Shown in pieces: positions 58,409 through 64,000 of a stretch of DNA of 64,000 bases. The stretch's first letter is position 1. The number at the start of each line of letters is the position of its first letter. The stretch lies in the NCBI RefSeq assembly GCF_009914755.1, contig NC_060942.1; one strand, written 5' to 3'. The stretch is from the human T2T-CHM13v2.0 reference genome, Homo sapiens. Both the position numbers and the translations under genes were made by a program. The notes under the pieces were generated by a model. It had not been told where the DNA came from and ran no database searches. It saw only the letters and a program-made list of their open reading frames with translations.

Positions 58409-59958
58409 TTTCTTAAAACCATTCACAATGGAGGCTAGATGGACGTTCCCATGACGGTGCTGTAGTGACCCCACAACTGGCCCTCAAGGTGATGCCTTCT
58501 CCAACACTGCCAATTGGGCCAATCCTTTAAATGTATTTTAAACAGGACAAAAAGCTGAGTGGATTTCTGGCCCCCATCTCTGTCACTACTTCTTCCAGCT
58601 GTGTAGTTGTGATTGATTATGTATCTAGTGAACACAAATTTGCATTTTTTTCATGAATGTTCATTAAAAGGCAGAGGTAGTTGCTTAAGTCACCAGGCAA
58701 GTAATATCCTCTTCCAAGCGCAGTCGCACAGCCAGCATGTGTGGTGGATCAGTGACACCCAGGATACTATTCTTATCCTTTGGCTCATGGGAGAATGAAA
58801 GGAATATATAACTCACTTTCATGAATTGGCAGATACTAAAATAAAAAAATAAAGTCAGTGTCTTCCCCGCGGAAGAAGATAGACAGCTCACTACTCTTGT
58901 AACGTGCTGAGTAGTTTTTGCTGTATTTGCTGTGGCACAAGTTCTGGGAAATAAAGAAAACTATTTATTTTAAAGAACATAATAGAGTTGTGTATGTATT
59001 TTTACAGTTATTTTTTAAAAGATATAAATGTATTTTAGTGAAAACTCAACAGCAAACCACTGTAAGAAGGAAGACTTGCCCTTCCTTTTTCATACCATAA
59101 GCATGTTACATGTGTGTGTATTTGTTTGCATGCATACAAATTATTATTTAAAATAAAAATTCTCAGTTACCTTATTGTGAGCAAAATTCTTCATTATTTT
59201 TATTAGTGGAGAATCTAAATATCTCACTGATCCAAATGCAACAATATTTTATATGCCACAATTTTGAGATGGTTCTAATAAATTATATAAGATTTGATTA
59301 GATGTTTATTGCATATACTACAATTCAAACTATTATATTAACATGATATATGCACATAACCGCTCATATTACTTCTCTTTCTTATTGTGGACATATATAT
59401 ATTTATATATACATAAAAACATATATATATTTATGCTCTGCCTTAATTATTTGCATATTTTGATAATTTTCGTAAATTTTCAATTAAAAATTGTATAATT
59501 AATTTATTCCAACTAGTTATTTACAAAGAATGATTTTGTCATTTTAAAAAAGGGAAAATGATAAAGGGTCCAAACAAGAACAGGTGGAGAAAGAAATGAT
59601 TAACATTTGAGTGAGAACATTTTTCAGAAGTCTCATAATTTTTTAGCATAAATTAACTCGCCTTTACAATATATATTCAAGCAGGTATGAAAATAAAGAA
59701 TATACATTATTTAAATAACTTCAATTATTTAATTGCCCATTTGCATTTTAATATGAATTTTGATTTCACCACCTGAGACTTTCCAGAAGGCCAGGATTTA
59801 AATATTAAAGCAATTAAGGACTGAGAAAATTGTGAAATTTTTCTCTGATCTGTTCAATAATTGTGTTTGCTGCCATCCACTGAACCCACCTTTGTCAGGC
59901 TAGAATGAAGGCACTTTCCATCGCAACAGTAAGTGCCCTAAATTTTAAAATGTGGTCC

Positions 59959-60340
59959 TGTCTTAGTTTGTTTAGTTTGTTTTGTGCTGTGATAACAGAA
60001 TGCCTGAGACTAGGTAATTTATATTGAAAAGAGATTTATTTCTCATACTTCTGGAGGCTAAGAAATCCAAAGTCAGGGGGCTTATATTGAGCCAGGGTCT
60101 TCTTGCTGTGTCATCTATGGCACAAGGCAGAAGGACAACAGAGCATGCCAGAGACAGAGAGAGACAGAGGCCAAGCCCATCTTCTTATCAGGAACCTATT
60201 CCCATAACAGCATTCATTCATTCACAAGGGCAGAACTATAATGTCCTAGTCATCTGTTAGAGATCCCACCTCCCACACTGTTGCATTGGGGACTGTGTTT
60301 CCAACACATGAACTTTGGGGGACACGTCCAAACCATAGCA
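59959..60340 (-). mobile_element. MaLR LTR (MSTC/MSTD-like)
   Basis: tgtcttagtttg...gtgctgtgataacagaatgcctgagactaggtaattt...gaactttgggggacacgtccaaaccatagca. Confidence 0.88.
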
Positions 60341-60592
60341 GACCCTAAATTTAAACACAGGATAATAATAAACAGTTTCTGTGACAGTTCTCACACTGAG
60401 GGAAACAAAAACAAACAAACAAAAAACAATTAGGACTGATTCACTGCTGTTTTTCCCTTTCTTATAGTGAAAAGAAATTCAGAAGCTAAAGAAGTTCTTA
60501 GTAAATTAATTCTTAAAATGCTTAAAATGGTCTTTAATACACTTACATTGTAACCTTTGATTTGTCTGACACTATGCTCATTATCTACATTA

Positions 60593-61165
<573 letters not shown>

Positions 61166-61311
61166 AAAAGCTTCAAAAAGTATTATAGAATTTGTAGAGT
61201 TGGACCTTTAATAAATTTGTCAAAGAATTATATTTGCTTTCTCCTTGAATATAAAGCAATTATATAGATGACACATTTTGGGGACTCATTTTATTTCACT
61301 GTGAAAGCCAC

Positions 61312-61576
61312 TGCTTTGGTGTGAATGTTTATGTCCCCCAAATTTATATGCTGAAACCCAATTCCCAATACAATGGTTCTAAAAGGTAGACCTTTGGAAG
61401 GTGAGTAAATCTTGAGGGAGGAGTCCTCATCAATGGGATTAGTGTTTTTGTAAAAGAGGACCCAGAAAACTGCCTTGCTCCTTCCACCATGTGAGGACAC
61501 AGCTAGAGGTACCTATTATGAATGAGACACTGAATCTCCTGACACTTTGGTCTTGGACTTCTCGCTTCCAAAAACT
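61312..61576 (+). mobile_element. MaLR LTR (MLT1A0-like), 3' end incomplete
   Basis: tgaatgtttatgtcccccaaatttatatgctgaaaccc...aatgggattagtg...ccttccaccatgtgaggacacagc...tcttggacttc. Confidence 0.85.
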
Positions 61577-61806
61577 AGTTTGAAACCAAAAACTAGGACA
61601 AAAAAAGTGATTGTTTTAGAGTTAAATATGTCAGCACATATTTCCCCACTAATTTTCCCAGGTGTTAGCATCAATGTGATTAATTACACTAAACTTCTAT
61701 AACGTGGCTATCACATTCCAGAAAGTGTACTCACGACTAAGCACTCAAAGATGAGTAAGTCATAACACTCTTCCTAAAGAAGCCTAAAGTGTAATAGAGA
61801 CACATA

Positions 61807-61849
<43 letters not shown>

Positions 61850-61850
61850 A
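61807..61850. repeat. (TAAA)n microsatellite
   Basis: Read directly. Confidence 0.95.
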
Positions 61851-61862
61851 GTCATTTTAGGG

Positions 61863-62082
61863 CAGGATTTCCCAACCTCAGCACTATTGAAATTCGCGAC
61901 CAAATAATGCTTTGTTGTAGGGTCTGCCCTGTGCACTGCAGGATGTTTAGCTGCATCCCCAGCATCTATCCATTGAATCCTAATATCTACACACATCCCC
62001 TCTAAATGATCAGAAGCAAAGATTTCTTCAAACTTTAGCAAATGTCCCCTAGTGGCAAATCACCCCCAGGTGAGAACCTTTG
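61863..62082 (+). mobile_element. MER20 (hAT-Charlie)
   Basis: caggatttcccaacctcagcactattga...ctgccctgtgcactgcaggatgtttagc...caaatgtcccctagtggcaaatcacccccaggtgagaacc. Confidence 0.9.
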
Positions 62083-62700
62083 CTCTAGTTTAATAAATGC
62101 AAAACCAAAAGTGTTAGGAAATAAAAATTTAACTAGATTATGAAAGGGTTAATTCTGGTGTGCATGGGGAGTGCAGGAAAGGAGAGGTCAGAGTCATATT
62201 CACAGGCCACTTTTTCTGAACAGCCTCCTGAACTATAACTAGGATAGTGCACAAGTCAGCCAGGAGGAGGTGAGACCATTACAGGGAAGGAGACAACTTC
62301 TGTAAAACATGAAGACCTGAAGGATCACGGGGATTCTTGATTCATCATTCCACACTGAATGGGGGAGGTTCAGAAAAGAAAGCAGTTTGTTATGTAGGTG
62401 CTAGATCGTAGCAGACACTGAAGCCTTTCCAAGAAACTGACAAACAAAACCATGTTTGTGATGGGGAAAGAGTGATCATTTTCGCAGGCAAGTAATTTGA
62501 TCAGATTTCAGGTTGAGAAATGCAAATTGGTTGCAGTGTGAAGAAAAAAAAACTGAAGGGAGACAGTTATATACAAGTTAAGGACTTGACTGCATGTAGG
62601 CAAAAATACAGAGAAGAAGGAAGAGGAGTATCTGCCATTGAGTATAACTGGGAAAATATATTAAACTGAATTTTTGGTTCATAATGAACATAATTATATT

Positions 62701-62960
62701 TATATTTATTTAAAATAATTGCCTACTATGTATATTTAATGTGTGAGCATGTGTGTTTGTGTTTATAAACTGGTTCTAGGTTCCAGTATTTTCTTTTTTT
62801 AATTTGTGGGTATCAATCTTGCAACAGTCTAATAAAATAATGACTTTGGCTGATGTTTTCCACTTTTTTTGTCAATTCAATCTTTACAGTTTTTCATTGC
62901 TTACAATAAATAACTACTTCTTAGTATAAGTTTTGTAAAAAGAAATATTAAATTGAAAAT
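62701..62960 (+). repeat. Diverged direct duplication, copy 2
   Basis: Same shared blocks as copy 1; carries an extra T-rich insert at ~62785-62815. Confidence 0.85.
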
Positions 62961-63009
62961 GGCCTAAAGATATTTAGACTGAGCCATATAGCAAACAGTT
63001 TGTTTCAGT

Positions 63010-63450
63010 GCTTGGGCGCATATCACCATTGGATGCCTTTACATTTTTAACACATTGACTCCCAACAGTCAACACCTGTCTCCTTCTAGAAGCCTTCCCT
63101 CAAGTTGTGATATCCTGCCTGCTGGCACTCATGGGTGGGGACATTGCCTGGGAACTTACATTTGCTTCTGAGGCAGCACTCAAAAGGGACATGAGGAGAA
63201 ATGCTCCAGATCTTCTCCTCCTGAGCAGGGCAACTCTGATGTGGCCTGTGCTAGCCCTGGAGCTTCCCTGCAGGATCGAGCCAAAGTTACTCCTTATCAT
63301 ATTTTGCTTGATATTTCACCTTTTCTTAGCCTCCATCCCTTCCTAGTACTTGCTTTCTCTAAACACACGACTAGTGTTTCCAGAAGTCAGTTGCTAATAT
63401 GTCAACACAAATCCTTGTTTCAAGACCTGCTTTTGGCAAACCCAACCTTT
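63010..63450 (+). mobile_element. ERVL LTR (LTR16C-like)
   Basis: gggcaactctgatgtg...tggagcttccctgcaggatcgagccaaagttac...cacaaatccttgtttcaagacctgcttttggcaaacccaacc. Confidence 0.7.
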
Positions 63451-63844
63451 CAGTTTGTTTGTTTATTTCAGTTACCAGTGGAATACTGCAGATGACTAAT
63501 CATCATCAGGATATCTGGAGATGAATACAAAAAAATAATCTGGTTGAAGTTTTAGGTTATGTGGATCTCAAGGAAATAATCGTCATTTTTAACTGTTTTT
63601 ATCTCTTATCCTATGTAACACTATTCATTCATGTTTGCTCAAGCCTCTCAACATTTGGATTCAATACCTTTCAAATAAAAGAAATATGAACACGGATTTG
63701 TTAATGTATAAGCTGACCTATATGAAAACAGGTGGGTAGCAAAATTAGCATCCTGTCCTATTTCCAGTATACTTTTTAAAATTATGACCTCTTTCGCATT
63801 TGTCATTTGAGCTGGAGTTTTTTCTCATTAACCCTGACATTTAC

Positions 63845-63990
63845 TCATTCATTTGCTTGTTCTCTTATTCATTTATTTATTCTTGCATTCATTGATAATC
63901 GATGTTGTTATTAAGTGCCGGGCTCTGTGCTAGTCATTAGGAAACAATCATGCATTAAAGAGTTCCTCTTCTATACACAAAGTGACACTA
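63845..63990 (-). mobile_element. L2 3' end
   Basis: tcattcatt repeats followed by ttattaagtg...gggctctgtgctag. Confidence 0.55.
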
Positions 63991-64000
63991 ATGTGTAATA

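Overview
AT-rich, CpG-depleted primate (human-like) nuclear DNA, intergenic or deep-intronic. Primate origin follows from Alu (FLAM, J, S, Y), THE1/MST, MER51 and L1PA elements. I find no supportable protein-coding gene, tRNA, rRNA or CRISPR array. The ORF track is explained by Alu, L1, Tigger, microsatellite and chance frames. Much of the window is transposon relics: about 15 Alus or Alu fragments, old L1/HAL1/L2/MIR, Tigger2, MER20, MER58A, several MaLR/ERVL/ERV1 LTRs, and ERVL internal fossils. The largest ERVL fossil (about 47-54.7 kb) still shows gag-end, RT, RNase H and integrase motifs and carries nested insertions. Subfamily names are recognised from memory of consensus sequences, not from a database search. 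I do not see a convincing novel biological system. The best oddities are: (1) a ~200-bp segment at 29.42-29.62 kb with inverted CpG/GpC polarity; (2) a ~107-bp, ~94%-identical non-TE inverted repeat pair at 43.73/44.58 kb bracketing an Alu; (3) an Alu/THE1 deletion-plus-micro-inversion junction at 49.99 kb; (4) an old ~230-bp direct duplication at 60.9/62.7 kb; (5) a twin-primed L1MA at 48.7-49.1 kb.
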